The notes under the pieces were generated by a model that saw only the letters and a program-made list of their open reading frames with translations, ran no database searches and was not told where the DNA came from. Made by a program: the position numbers and the translations under genes. Positions 28,589 through 37,920 of a DNA stretch of 64,000 bases are shown here, one piece after another. This DNA is from an uncultured virus (IMG/VR IMGVR_UViG_3300044859_000256) (lineage: Duplodnaviria; Heunggongvirae; Uroviricota; Caudoviricetes). Position 1 is the stretch's first letter, and the number at the start of each line of letters is the position of its first letter. The stretch is taken from the IMG/VR virus record IMGVR_UViG_3300044859_000256; one strand, given 5' to 3'.

Positions 28589-30190
28589 TTAGAAGGGAGC
28601 TTCTTCGACCTCTTGAGCAGGATCAAACATGACACATTCAGTTAAGCGACCAGTCTCCTTGTCGTACTCCAGTGCCATGCAGCACCCTGTCTCACCTGTG
28701 TAGCGACACTTCAGAACACGCACTCTCGTTTGGTTCTTATTCTCGCCCTGTTGGTTCCGCTCAAGGGCTATCACTGAATCACTCAGTTGAGCAATACTCT
28801 GAGATGACCTGAGGTGTGACAGACTTACTTCACCGCCCTCTTCATGGCTGCGCCCATCAATACGCTTCAGGTGGCACACAACAAACAGGGTGATCCCTGT
28901 CTCCTCCACCAGGGTGCGGAGCTTGGTCATCAGGTTGTCCAACATCCGCCGCTCATCACCTTGCCCATCATTGAGCCCGGATACTGCAATGGATATGTGG
29001 TCGAGGACTACAGCCTTGCACCCAAGACCCTTACCCATGTAGCGGATGCGGTCGAGGAGGTTCTGACCCTCGGTACTCCCGAAGTGGTCATAGAGGAACA
29101 CCTGTCCAGCAGCAAAGACCTTGTCGAAGGAGTCCCGTAGTTCCTTCGGGTCAGCCCCGAGGTGGAGCCGCTTGTTCGCTTCGAGACTCATCAGGCCAAT
29201 AGCGGTACGCGCTACAGATTCCTCAAGGGCGATGTAGCCCACGGGGATCCCTGCTTTGATCAGGCTGAAGGCGAGTTCACGGCAGAACTGGCTCTTACCT
29301 ACACCTGTACCGGCGGTAACTGTGACGAGTTCCCCTGGGCGGATCCCATGGAGCATGGCTGATAGAGGAGCCCATGGGTATGGGATGCCCTCGGTTGCAT
29401 CGAATGCTTGGATGCGCTCCCAGATGTCGTTGGCTGAAACGATGCCATCAGGGCGGAATGGTGGTGCTGTCCATATGGCATCAATCAGTTGCTTCGCCTT
29501 ACCACCCTTGAGGCACTCGTTGGCATCCTTCAGGGGCAAGCGGGCTATGAAGGCTTTCCCTGGACTCAATACCTTGGCACATTCCTTGGCGGCGAGTTGC
29601 CCTGGTTCATCCATGTCAAAGGCGAAGACCACCCGGTCAAACCCTTCCAACCAATCGAGGCTCTTCGCTACTGCCTTGGGTGCCGATTGGGCACCATTGG
29701 GTACCGATACCACCGGCCACTTGTGATCCTGCATCTGAGACAGGCTCATGGCATCGATCTCACCCTCGGTCACTACCACCATGCGCCCACTACCGGCGAA
29801 GCGGTGTTGCCCAAAGAGCACCATTTGAGTGGCATCACCCAAGATACGGAACTGCTTGTCAGCGGTACGGATCTTCTGAGCAATGATCTCCCCTGATGCG
29901 TTGCGGTACTGCGCTACCTGTACGGGTACACCAAGGTGCTCACCGATACCGTAGTTCCATGATCGGCAGGTTTCCTCGGAGAGACCTCTACGCTCAAGTG
30001 TCACATATTCGGTTTCAATCATTGCTGCGAAGTCCTTCCGCTGTGGGGTGGGTAGCGCGGTAGTTCCATCACCACGCTCATGGTGTTTGCATCCAAAGCA
30101 GAATCCGTGACCATCGGAGTAACGCGCTAGGTTGTTCTTGGAGCCACAGGCCGGACAAGGTTCATGGCGCAAGAAGGAAGCTTCAGTCAC
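28589..30190 (-). CDS. Primase-helicase (gp4-like)
   Basis: HEPCPACGS Zn finger, EGEID, FDMDEPG, AGTGVGKS, LDHIS, LERNQQ; GTG start inferred. Confidence 0.96.
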   Translation of the reverse strand: MTEASFLRHEPCPACGSKNNLARYSDGHGFCFGCKHHERGDGTTALPTPQRKDFAAMIETEYVTLERRGLSEETCRSWNYGIGEHLGVPVQVAQYRNASGEIIAQKIRTADKQFRILGDATQMVLFGQHRFAGSGRMVVVTEGEIDAMSLSQMQDHKWPVVSVPNGAQSAPKAVAKSLDWLEGFDRVVFAFDMDEPGQLAAKECAKVLSPGKAFIARLPLKDANECLKGGKAKQLIDAIWTAPPFRPDGIVSANDIWERIQAFDATEGIPYPWAPLSAMLHGIRPGELVTVTAGTGVGKSQFCRELAFSLIKAGIPVGYIALEESVARTAIGLMSLEANKRLHLGADPKELRDSFDKVFAAGQVFLYDHFGSTEGQNLLDRIRYMGKGLGCKAVVLDHISIAVSGLNDGQGDERRMLDNLMTKLRTLVEETGITLFVVCHLKRIDGRSHEEGGEVSLSHLRSSQSIAQLSDSVIALERNQQGENKNQTRVRVLKCRYTGETGCCMALEYDKETGRLTECVMFDPAQEVEEAPF

Positions 30191-30458
30191 GGAACTGATC
30201 TCCAGGGGTAACCACTGCCGTTCGATCTCCGTCAATCCAAGTGCAGGACACCGTTTCTCCAAGGTGCTTTACGAGTGCCAAGGCATCCTCGCGGTACACG
30301 GGTAACCACTTCTCCGCTGATGATGACCCTTTACCTGGTGCCCCTGCTAGGAGCCGACGAATTGTCACACCGGCACCGTAGGGGTAGTCACCTTCAAGTG
30401 CGTAGAACGACACTGTGATCAGGGATCCACCACCTCGGTACTTGATGATGTCTTTCAT
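30183..30458 (-). CDS. Hypothetical protein
   Basis: 91 aa, overlap-coupled. Confidence 0.6.
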   Translation of the reverse strand: MKDIIKYRGGGSLITVSFYALEGDYPYGAGVTIRRLLAGAPGKGSSSAEKWLPVYREDALALVKHLGETVSCTWIDGDRTAVVTPGDQFRD

Positions 30459-30715
30459 GCTTCCAGCGCGTAGTTGCTGCGTGATGGTGCAGGAGTTCGA
30501 TTAGGTGTGATGCGGTCATCAAGTAGAGGCATCTGTCCAACAAGTGTTGAGAGGAAGATGCGGAGTGAGCGGATCTCTAGGCGATCCAAGGTTGCAAAGG
30601 TGTCTGATCCAAACTCGATCTTGAGTTCACCACTCGTTTCCGATACTTGGCAGAAGGAAGGCTGACTCGGATCATCACTGACCAACCGTGGGTTGAACAC
30701 TTGCTTGTAAGCCAT
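30455..30715 (-). CDS. Hypothetical protein
   Basis: 86 aa, overlap-coupled. Confidence 0.6.
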   Translation of the reverse strand: MAYKQVFNPRLVSDDPSQPSFCQVSETSGELKIEFGSDTFATLDRLEIRSLRIFLSTLVGQMPLLDDRITPNRTPAPSRSNYALEA

Positions 30716-31082
30716 ATTGATTCGTTTCTGTTAGGTGCATCATGGAGCCATGTTGCTCCTGCTGCGCTGCTGCTAATGACTGAATGAATGAAGGGGTGTC
30801 AGATAAACGCATCATCAACAACCATTCGCCGCGATCTCTACGCATCACAACAGCGGGACACTTCTTGCCCTTACTGTCCTTGATGGCCTGTTCGATGAAG
30901 TCATAAACAGCCAATGACTTCCGTAACTTCACCTCGAAGTGCAAGCCTCCGGTTCCTCCTAGGTCTGCCGAGAGGCTCCCGCTTGATTGGGCTGCCCGGA
31001 AGCAACCAGGGAGACCTAAGTGCTCCCTGATTGCATCCCGTGCATCCCGTTCCCCACGCTTCCCTCGTTCCCGGTTGTTCAT
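30675..31082 (-). CDS. Holliday junction resolvase, Hjc-like PD-(D/E)xK
   Basis: RGKRGERD...ADL...HFEVK; occupies the T7 gp3 position. Confidence 0.8.
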   Translation of the reverse strand: MNNRERGKRGERDARDAIREHLGLPGCFRAAQSSGSLSADLGGTGGLHFEVKLRKSLAVYDFIEQAIKDSKGKKCPAVVMRRDRGEWLLMMRLSDTPSFIQSLAAAQQEQHGSMMHLTETNQYGLQASVQPTVGQ

Positions 31083-31741
31083 CAGAAGTCTTGCGCCTTG
31101 GGTGACTTCTTCTTAGGAAGTGACTCTTGCTTAGGTTCTTCCTTAGCAGCCGGTGCTTTCTTATCCTCCTCAAAGTCTGAGAAGGTCTCCGTAGTGAAGC
31201 CCGCATCAGTCGCGCCGAAACCGAAGTCCGATGCACTGGATGGCATACCTTCGCGGAGCTCAATGATCTGTACACCACGGAGACGGAGACTGAGACCTAC
31301 CCCACCGATGCCTGGTTGATTCCAAGAGGTGATCTCAACAGCAAGTCGAGCGCGACTGCCATTGCCTACTCGGATATCACCCTCAAGCTTGGTGCCGCGA
31401 GAGTCAAAGAGTGCCGGACGCTGAACCCAAGTCTTCCCTGACTTGGTCTCGACATTCGCCCGCAACTTTGCCTTGACTACCAACTTGCCCTCTTCGTTGC
31501 GGCTGTAAGGGAGCGAAGGGGATGTCTTGACCTTCTTGCCACCAGAACGCTTGGTCTCTTCTTCAATTGCGGAAGCCAGTGCCCGTGCGAGGGTTGCCTC
31601 AAGGGCATCTGCATCAGCACCATTTTCAAACATGATCCGGGTGCTGTAGGTACCCGCTGCATCAAACTTCATGTCCGGCTCAGTCAAGGAGGGCCAGATC
31701 AGGGTTCCTGTGGGTGTCGTTAACTGCGTATTTGCGCTCAT
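31082..31741 (-). CDS. Single-stranded DNA-binding protein (gp2.5-like)
   Basis: TTPTG..WPSLTEPD.KF, GNGS, GLSLRLRGVQIIEL, C-terminal DF. Confidence 0.92.
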   Translation of the reverse strand: MSANTQLTTPTGTLIWPSLTEPDMKFDAAGTYSTRIMFENGADADALEATLARALASAIEEETKRSGGKKVKTSPSLPYSRNEEGKLVVKAKLRANVETKSGKTWVQRPALFDSRGTKLEGDIRVGNGSRARLAVEITSWNQPGIGGVGLSLRLRGVQIIELREGMPSSASDFGFGATDAGFTTETFSDFEEDKKAPAAKEEPKQESLPKKKSPKAQDF

Positions 31742-31799
31742 TTGCCCTACTTTCTATATATGTTGTGCCCGATATGCATACCTAACGATCATTTCCACC

Positions 31800-31828
31800 A
31801 TTGTATGTACGAGAAGAGTGTCTCGCAA
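31800..31828 (-). promoter_or_regulatory. Sigma70-like promoter upstream of SSB
   Basis: TTGCGA-17-TACAAT. Confidence 0.65.
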
Positions 31829-31842
31829 TGGTCAACTATTAA

Positions 31843-34257
31843 CTACGAGAAGAAATACGGAGCATCCACCAACAACTTTGTATCAAGGGTTCCCTGGGGA
31901 GGAGCCTGTGGCAACACCATTCCCACGGGTAACTGAGCGTTGATCTGTCGGATCCAATCGCCCAAGGGATCACCGGCGAAGGTGTCCACCCACGCTGCCC
32001 GTAGTTCCCTGTTGAGTACCGGGGCATAAGCAGCGTGTGTCAAGTACGAGTCATGTACGAATGCCATGTCCGGTACCCCTGCTGCTACCAACCGTATCGC
32101 TGTCTTCCGAGCTGCACAGGCATCCAAGGAGTGAACAAGGTTTGGAACGATGCCATGGATGTGCTTGCGCCTGTTGATCCGCGCTGTCTTCTTGCGGATC
32201 TGCCAGATGTTTGCCTGAGGTCCCAGGACAGTTCTGACCCGTGATTTGTCATAGTTCATGTATGACTGCTGCACAGTAAAGCCATCAGGGGTAACCCATG
32301 TGGCGTGTATCCCACTTTGAACGAGAACCTTGGCTGCCCGCTGCGCCCAACTGAGGAACGCCATGCCACCTACGCAGATCTCGCTGATTGCTGGCCATAG
32401 GCTCTTGATCAGGACTCCGCAGGGGTAACTCGGATCCATCCAAGGTCCACCACGGTGCTGCTCGAAGTATGCCTCCCGTAGGTACATGACAGCAGACCGC
32501 TGCGAGATGCTGTAGGGAACAGTCATCACGACCCGCTTGATGAGGCTCCGTGTGATCCCTAGTTCTGCCCATTGAGCAGCATGGTCATCACCCCGCTTGG
32601 CAGCCTCAATGATCTTCTGCTGCGTCCGTGCAGCAACAATGCTGTAGATGTCTGCGGGGACATTGGAGGGCAGCAGGTTGACGGCTGCACCCCCTACTTC
32701 ATCCTTGAGGAGAAGCGAGAGAACCTGTAGGCCATTGCAGCTTCCATCGACGGCAACCATGAGGTGCGAGGGTTTACCGGCGCGGACATTGGGTACATCA
32801 AGGCACCAAGCAAGGAACGAGAAGGGATCTGCGGCATCCTTCCAGCGACCCACGGTGCCTAAGGGATCCTTGGCGATACTCTCGGCTTCCCCTGAGTTGA
32901 CCCATTGGCGGGCTGCTGCCTCACGCTCGGCATAGGTGCCCTTGACACCCCTACAGGCTGCCGCATGGCGCAACCAAGCTGCTGTCGCCTCCCCTGCATG
33001 AGGGATCACATGACCCTGCCCGAACTCAATGAGACCCTTCTGAAGGTCGTTGCCCTGGTGGGACAGACCCGTTGATTGACAGTAGAACCTGCCTCGGAAG
33101 TCCAAGCTTGAGGCATGGAAGAACCGAAGGTCACCCTCACTCGCAAACTTAGACGCAAGGCTGATGGTCTGAAGGATCCCGATGCGCCGTGACTTGATCC
33201 GCCGGTTGTTCTCAGCGACCCGGTTGGCCTCATGCCAGTACCTACGGATCTCCGCTCGTTGCTCAGGGGTCTTCTCGCAGACCAAGTCGAGGATCGGAGG
33301 ACGCGCAGGGAACACACCTTCGGCGTAGACATCCAAGTCGCCCACGGGTGAACGGGTTTCCATGAGCCTCTGCACCACATCGAGGACTACAGCATTGACA
33401 CGGTAAGGGGTGTGCTGCACAGCATTGATAGCTGCATACACCTCAGGCATGGTCTTGATGTCATGGCACTCGGTGGCTGACTTGGTAGCCCCACGAACCA
33501 AAGGGAACCCAAGACCCTCCTCATAGCCGCCATCGGTTGGTGAAGACCACTTACGGGGAGGGACAACCATGGGCATCTTGATGGGGTGCAGAGCCTCACC
33601 ATGCTTCATGTTCTTGTGGGCATACTCCCAGGCATCCTCGGAGAGCGACAGGAGCACCACCGTCTGCCGCATACCACGCTTATGGCTCCTACGCTCAAAG
33701 AGACCTGTTGACTCGATAGCAGCAATAGCCAGGATGTACCCCACCTTGAGGGCAGTCTCATCGTCCCAGGCAAACTCGTTGACGATGTCCGTGAAGGTAC
33801 GGGAGACAATCTTTCGGAGCTCCGAGGCTCTCCGTTGGGTAGTCCGGTGGGCAACCCATTGCTGATACCGGGCTAACCGCTTCTCCTTATCCTTGATCCT
33901 GATGGCAGTCAGGATGGCCTCAGTCTGGATGGTCTTGGCAGTAATGATGCAGACGCGGCTGAAGGTCATCGACTTAGCAGCACCATCCATGAACGACTGA
34001 AGGGCGATCAAGGCGACCCGGTCATACTTGAGCCCAAGGTTCCTTAGGGCAGTAGCACCTACCGAGGTTTCCCCGGGCAGCATCTCCTCAAGGTGCTCTG
34101 TCATGGGCTGAATGGCTGCTGAGGTGAGGAGGGTTCCCCAGCCTGTCTCGGAACTCCTACCGGCATCCATGGCTACCTTGATCCGCGCATAGAACCGGCG
34201 GCGACCACGCTCATAAGACTCCAGGTCAAGTTCACGCTGAGAAAGCTTCTTAGACAT
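31843..34257 (-). CDS. T7-type single-subunit RNA polymerase (phage A)
   Basis: DFRGRFY, DGSCNGLQ, RSLIKRVVMTVPY, PNLVHSLD, HDSY, YFFS end. Confidence 0.97.
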   Translation of the reverse strand: MSKKLSQRELDLESYERGRRRFYARIKVAMDAGRSSETGWGTLLTSAAIQPMTEHLEEMLPGETSVGATALRNLGLKYDRVALIALQSFMDGAAKSMTFSRVCIITAKTIQTEAILTAIRIKDKEKRLARYQQWVAHRTTQRRASELRKIVSRTFTDIVNEFAWDDETALKVGYILAIAAIESTGLFERRSHKRGMRQTVVLLSLSEDAWEYAHKNMKHGEALHPIKMPMVVPPRKWSSPTDGGYEEGLGFPLVRGATKSATECHDIKTMPEVYAAINAVQHTPYRVNAVVLDVVQRLMETRSPVGDLDVYAEGVFPARPPILDLVCEKTPEQRAEIRRYWHEANRVAENNRRIKSRRIGILQTISLASKFASEGDLRFFHASSLDFRGRFYCQSTGLSHQGNDLQKGLIEFGQGHVIPHAGEATAAWLRHAAACRGVKGTYAEREAAARQWVNSGEAESIAKDPLGTVGRWKDAADPFSFLAWCLDVPNVRAGKPSHLMVAVDGSCNGLQVLSLLLKDEVGGAAVNLLPSNVPADIYSIVAARTQQKIIEAAKRGDDHAAQWAELGITRSLIKRVVMTVPYSISQRSAVMYLREAYFEQHRGGPWMDPSYPCGVLIKSLWPAISEICVGGMAFLSWAQRAAKVLVQSGIHATWVTPDGFTVQQSYMNYDKSRVRTVLGPQANIWQIRKKTARINRRKHIHGIVPNLVHSLDACAARKTAIRLVAAGVPDMAFVHDSYLTHAAYAPVLNRELRAAWVDTFAGDPLGDWIRQINAQLPVGMVLPQAPPQGTLDTKLLVDAPYFFS

Positions 34258-34601
34258 CCTTGTCTCCTTAGGGTTCTTAATGATTCATAATGGTTGAATA
34301 AGGCTTATCTTCAATCAGTATCAAGAGAAATTGTTAAAGCCTTTTTCCTGATCCTTAGATGATATTTTAAGCAAGGATATTCTCTCCCCAAGAGGGAAGA
34401 TTTCAAGATTGATAGAAAGAAATATGCAGTTGTATTTCTTACGTCTAACCCTGGAGCACCCTTAGGTTTCATTATGTTTTCTTAAGGGCAACTAGTGCCC
34501 AGCTCTTACATAATGTCGGTATGTATGGTGAAACTTGGACGGTTTGGGGCACATCCGTATATGACCATACCGAGACATTGACTGTGGCACAGTATTGGAA
34601 A

Positions 34602-34804
34602 GTGTGTCAAACCGCAGGGGACAGGGGTAATCTTAGGGTTCCCCTGCGATCATTGACCAAAGCGATAGTCTCGCGAAGGGATTTTGAGTCCGCTGCGTCT
34701 GCCAGTTCCGCCACACCGGCTTCTCAATGCACTTTTTATTGGTGCCTCTGTGCCAATCGTGTGCCCGAAGGACACCTTTTTGACACACATTTGACACAGT
34801 GTCA
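34602..34804. repeat. Putative integrase arm-type sites TTTGACACA
   Basis: Two direct copies at ~34779-34798 and an inverted copy at ~34603-34611 flank the core. Confidence 0.6.
34679..34720 (-). other. attP core: 5' half of tRNA-Leu(CAA)
   Basis: GCCGGTGTGGCGGAACTGGCAGACGCAGCGGACTCAAAATCC then loss of tRNA structure; lies between integrase and RNAP. Confidence 0.82.
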
Positions 34805-34937
34805 CCGCAGCTACACGCCGGATAGTCCATCCGCTTGTAGATGCCACTGTTGTCACACTCGTAAAGCTCCAAGGGGTGCATCGAACCGCCAAGGATACAC
34901 ACCCAGGCGAAAGACAACAACCCCTCCGCTTGGCAGA

Positions 34938-35933
34938 TTATCCCGCCCGTGAACGCTCAAGCATCGTGACCACATCGTCCATACTTGAAGGTGCCAAGTG
35001 GGCGTACACCAGGGTCGATTGAATGCACTGGTGACCCATCCACATTTGGACCCGACGGACATCCACCCCGGCCATCACCAGGCGACTCGCACAGGTGTGC
35101 CGGAGGCTGTGAAAGACCACCCCACTATCCGTGATCCCCACCGCCGTCGCAGCCCGCTTGAACCGCCGACTCGACTCCGTGGGACTCAAGTCCACGAAGG
35201 GTCCGGCAGACTGCCTCGGGAGCCGCTCCATCACCTGCCGCGCCCGGTGAGTTAAAGGCACCCCACGGCACTTGCCGTTCTTCGTGAGGGTCAAGGAGAT
35301 CCGGTCAACCCCCACATCCCGCCAACGAAGATTCAACAATTCGCTGATGCGGCACCCGGTCTCCACCGCGACCACCACCAGGTCAGCCGTCAGGGTCGAA
35401 CCCAAGTGTGAGAGAATCTTGTCCTCCTCCTCATGGGTCAGCCAACGCCGCTCCTTCTTATGTTCCTTGCCAAAGGGGATCTTGGGCTTCGCAGCAATCC
35501 AATCCATATCAGCAGCCAAGTTCATCATCGTTGACAAAGCAGCCAGCCGCCGGTTGATGGTGGCCTGAGAGAGCCCTTGGAATTGCAGATCCATGACCAT
35601 CTTCACGACCACGGCATGGGTGATCTCGGAGACAAGTTTCCCTGGGGAAAGAAGGGCAACCACCCTGCCCCCCACATCAGTCATCGAGTCCGTCCTGAGT
35701 CTTGACCAACGGGTCTTGTGTGTAATAAGAAAAAGATCCTGTAGCGTGTGAGTCTCTTTTTGGTCAACTGTTGGTGCCGAAAGAAGAACACTGGTGTCTT
35801 CACCACTGTCAACAGCCAACTCAAGCCGCCGCCGCCACAGGTTTGCTTCCTTCTCAGTCTTGAAGCTTTGCCGGTGCCTCTTACCGGAAACAGTGAAGGA
35901 GGCCTGATAGGAGTTACCGCGTTTCGTAAGCAT
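34938..35933 (-). CDS. int: Tyrosine integrase
   Basis: TGCRISE, TKNG, HSLRHT, MGH, catalytic Y in VYAH. Confidence 0.96.
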   Translation of the reverse strand: MLTKRGNSYQASFTVSGKRHRQSFKTEKEANLWRRRLELAVDSGEDTSVLLSAPTVDQKETHTLQDLFLITHKTRWSRLRTDSMTDVGGRVVALLSPGKLVSEITHAVVVKMVMDLQFQGLSQATINRRLAALSTMMNLAADMDWIAAKPKIPFGKEHKKERRWLTHEEEDKILSHLGSTLTADLVVVAVETGCRISELLNLRWRDVGVDRISLTLTKNGKCRGVPLTHRARQVMERLPRQSAGPFVDLSPTESSRRFKRAATAVGITDSGVVFHSLRHTCASRLVMAGVDVRRVQMWMGHQCIQSTLVYAHLAPSSMDDVVTMLERSRAG

Positions 35934-36341
35934 TTAAGAACCTTCCGATTGATTGATTTGCAGGGCAATGGTCTTGCCCTTGGTAGTTAGGAATAGCAAT
36001 ACTTGTCGCCGGTCAGCGGGATCTTCTTCAGGACGAATGAGGTCGAGACCCCAACGCCCTGCTCTCCCTGGGCGAACTAAGTTCTTCCCGAGGAGCGAGA
36101 CATTGCGTGAGACCGTAGATGTTGAAACACCCATGGCCTCTCCGATGTCAGCCATGCACAGCGGCTTCCCCCTGAGGTTCGACTCGGCAATGAGGCAGAA
36201 GATCGCGGTTGCCAGCACCGGGATATCTTCGTTCTGCGTCCTCATCAACGCACAATTGCTCAGGAACTTCTTGATCGCTTGGGTATTGTTGACTTTCGTT
36301 GACATGGTCACCATTATCCTGTGCGCGGGAACTGCCGTCAA
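35934..36341 (-). CDS. MarR-like winged-helix regulator
   Basis: MADIGEAMGVSTSTVSRNV..EDPADRRQVLLFLTTKG. Confidence 0.85.
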   Translation of the reverse strand: MTAVPAHRIMVTMSTKVNNTQAIKKFLSNCALMRTQNEDIPVLATAIFCLIAESNLRGKPLCMADIGEAMGVSTSTVSRNVSLLGKNLVRPGRAGRWGLDLIRPEEDPADRRQVLLFLTTKGKTIALQINQSEGS

Positions 36342-36446
36342 GCCACTTATCCCATCGATGGCACAGATTTATATAAAGAGTCCAACGGTGGATTTCAAGC
36401 TCGAAGTGGAGCCAGGAGATACTTTGATGAGTTATCAGCACTTGCA

Positions 36447-36803
36447 TTAGTACACCCTCAGAAGAAGTTCGCAACGGAAATAGTTCACACTCATACGCAG
36501 CCCCCCCGCCTCTACGAGTGCACCCACTCGTCGCAAACCCAAACCCTGGATAGCAGCCATACGGTGCTCCCAGCGAGGCCCCAAGATCCTTTCTAAGCGT
36601 TCGGCACCAATGCGAAACTCGTTTACATCCCAAGATCGAAGCATTTCCTTGCGGATAGCACGATGGAGGATTCGTTCGGTGGAGTTGTAGGATAATGGAT
36701 CCCCTTTAGATAGGGGTACACGACCACTATTAAAGGATTTTTCCCACTTTTCTGCATGATCTGAGGGAATCGAGGCGACTGCCCGGGAAGTTCGGGGAAC
36801 CAT
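36447..36803 (-). CDS. Hypothetical early protein
   Basis: 118 aa, TAATG-coupled. Confidence 0.55.
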   Translation of the reverse strand: MVPRTSRAVASIPSDHAEKWEKSFNSGRVPLSKGDPLSYNSTERILHRAIRKEMLRSWDVNEFRIGAERLERILGPRWEHRMAAIQGLGLRRVGALVEAGGLRMSVNYFRCELLLRVY

Positions 36804-37024
36804 TACCAGTGTCCTCCCCGAGACTCCATCTCAAGGAGCTTTTTTTGGATAGTCAACAGGCTCTCCTTGGCCGCATCAATGCGACCCGCCTGTTCAATAA
36901 TAAGGTCTGCTGCACGGGCGAACATCAGGGAATCAGGGGACACTCCTAGCTCGCCCCCGTCAGCCTTTGCCCTTGCGCGTAGGTAGTTCGCCGTCACTTC
37001 TACAATCGGATCTAGTGCCTTCAT
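36803..37024 (-). CDS. Hypothetical early protein
   Basis: 73 aa with RBS AAAGGA. Confidence 0.6.
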   Translation of the reverse strand: MKALDPIVEVTANYLRARAKADGGELGVSPDSLMFARAADLIIEQAGRIDAAKESLLTIQKKLLEMESRGGHW

Positions 37025-37163
37025 GCTTCGAGTCCTTTCGATGCAGTGCCTGAGTCAGTGCCATCAGAGCCAGTTTGTGAGCGTCCAATGCTCTTTCCAG
37101 CTCCACGATTCTCCGCCGTAAATGCACCTGGGTAACCACGGTGCCATCTGGATTTAGTTCCAT
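36960..37163 (-). CDS. Hypothetical early protein
   Basis: 67 aa directly downstream of a promoter. Confidence 0.5.
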   Translation of the reverse strand: MELNPDGTVVTQVHLRRRIVELERALDAHKLALMALTQALHRKDSKHEGTRSDCRSDGELPTRKGKG

Positions 37164-37171
37164 TGCAGGGA

Positions 37172-37200
37172 ATTGTCCTTGGTGGTCAATGATTCGTCAA
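37172..37200 (-). promoter_or_regulatory. Sigma70-like promoter for the regulator/integrase unit
   Basis: TTGACG-17-GACAAT just downstream of a terminator. Confidence 0.65.
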
Positions 37201-37234
37201 CGGGAATGTAAGGGGAATAGCAGATTATTTTGCG

Positions 37235-37275
37235 AAAAACAAAAACCCTCCCAAGGGGCGTAATCCCTGGGAGGG
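37235..37275 (-). terminator. Intrinsic terminator
   Basis: CCCTCCCA/TGGGAGGG stem followed by TTTTTGTTTTT on the minus strand. Confidence 0.8.
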
Positions 37276-37336
37276 CCTATCGCATCTACCCTGCTATAAC
37301 AGGGGATGCTTGGACGGGAATGGGTTCAGCGGGGAA

Positions 37337-37540
37337 TCATAGTGGCTGCTTCTTTGCCGTAAAGTAGTCCTTCTCTTCACCCACCAGAATCCCGCTTCGA
37401 TTAGTCAGACCAACACAATAGCCTCCATCGTGAACCACAAGAAAGCCTCCGAGTTTATCTTTAATGACTTGGTAGGAATCGTTTGCCCAGAACACTTTCT
37501 CTCCAGACTCTACTGCCGCTTTAATCTGCTCCAAGTTCAT
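37337..37540 (-). CDS. Hypothetical early protein
   Basis: 67 aa with RBS GAGGA. Confidence 0.7.
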   Translation of the reverse strand: MNLEQIKAAVESGEKVFWANDSYQVIKDKLGGFLVVHDGGYCVGLTNRSGILVGEEKDYFTAKKQPL

Positions 37541-37645
37541 GGTTCAATCCTCGGGAATAGATGGGTAGTGCTGCCCTCATCAGTACCCACTATTACGCAG
37601 TGGGTATACGGATCTTAAACGATCCGTTTCGGGCTACGAAGGGAA

Positions 37646-37888
37646 TCACTCCAGCATGGCAGCATCATCGATGGATTCGCATACCCATACGGTTACCCCC
37701 GTAAGCCAGATTCGTTCCTCTTCGGTCAGTAGTTCCGGGGAATCGAGTAGGCCTAGGGCGGCCACTAGGCAACGATGGGCTTCCCAGTGGTCTCCTACCC
37801 ATTCCCCCTTATCCACGCGGCGAAGGAGGGAATTGATGCGATCGGATACGGTAGTACTAGTGGCGGAGTGTGGCATAGGGATAGTCAT
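37646..37888 (-). CDS. Hypothetical early protein
   Basis: 80 aa ORF. Confidence 0.55.
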   Translation of the reverse strand: MTIPMPHSATSTTVSDRINSLLRRVDKGEWVGDHWEAHRCLVAALGLLDSPELLTEEERIWLTGVTVWVCESIDDAAMLE

Positions 37889-37920
37889 GGTATCGGTTTA
37901 TTCCTGTTTGGTCAATCAAT

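Noticed and set aside
34633..35062. Complete tRNA-Leu or protein-coding ORFs across attP
   Set aside because: No T-arm or 3' acceptor strand follows the anticodon; the overlapping ORFs have no recognisable features
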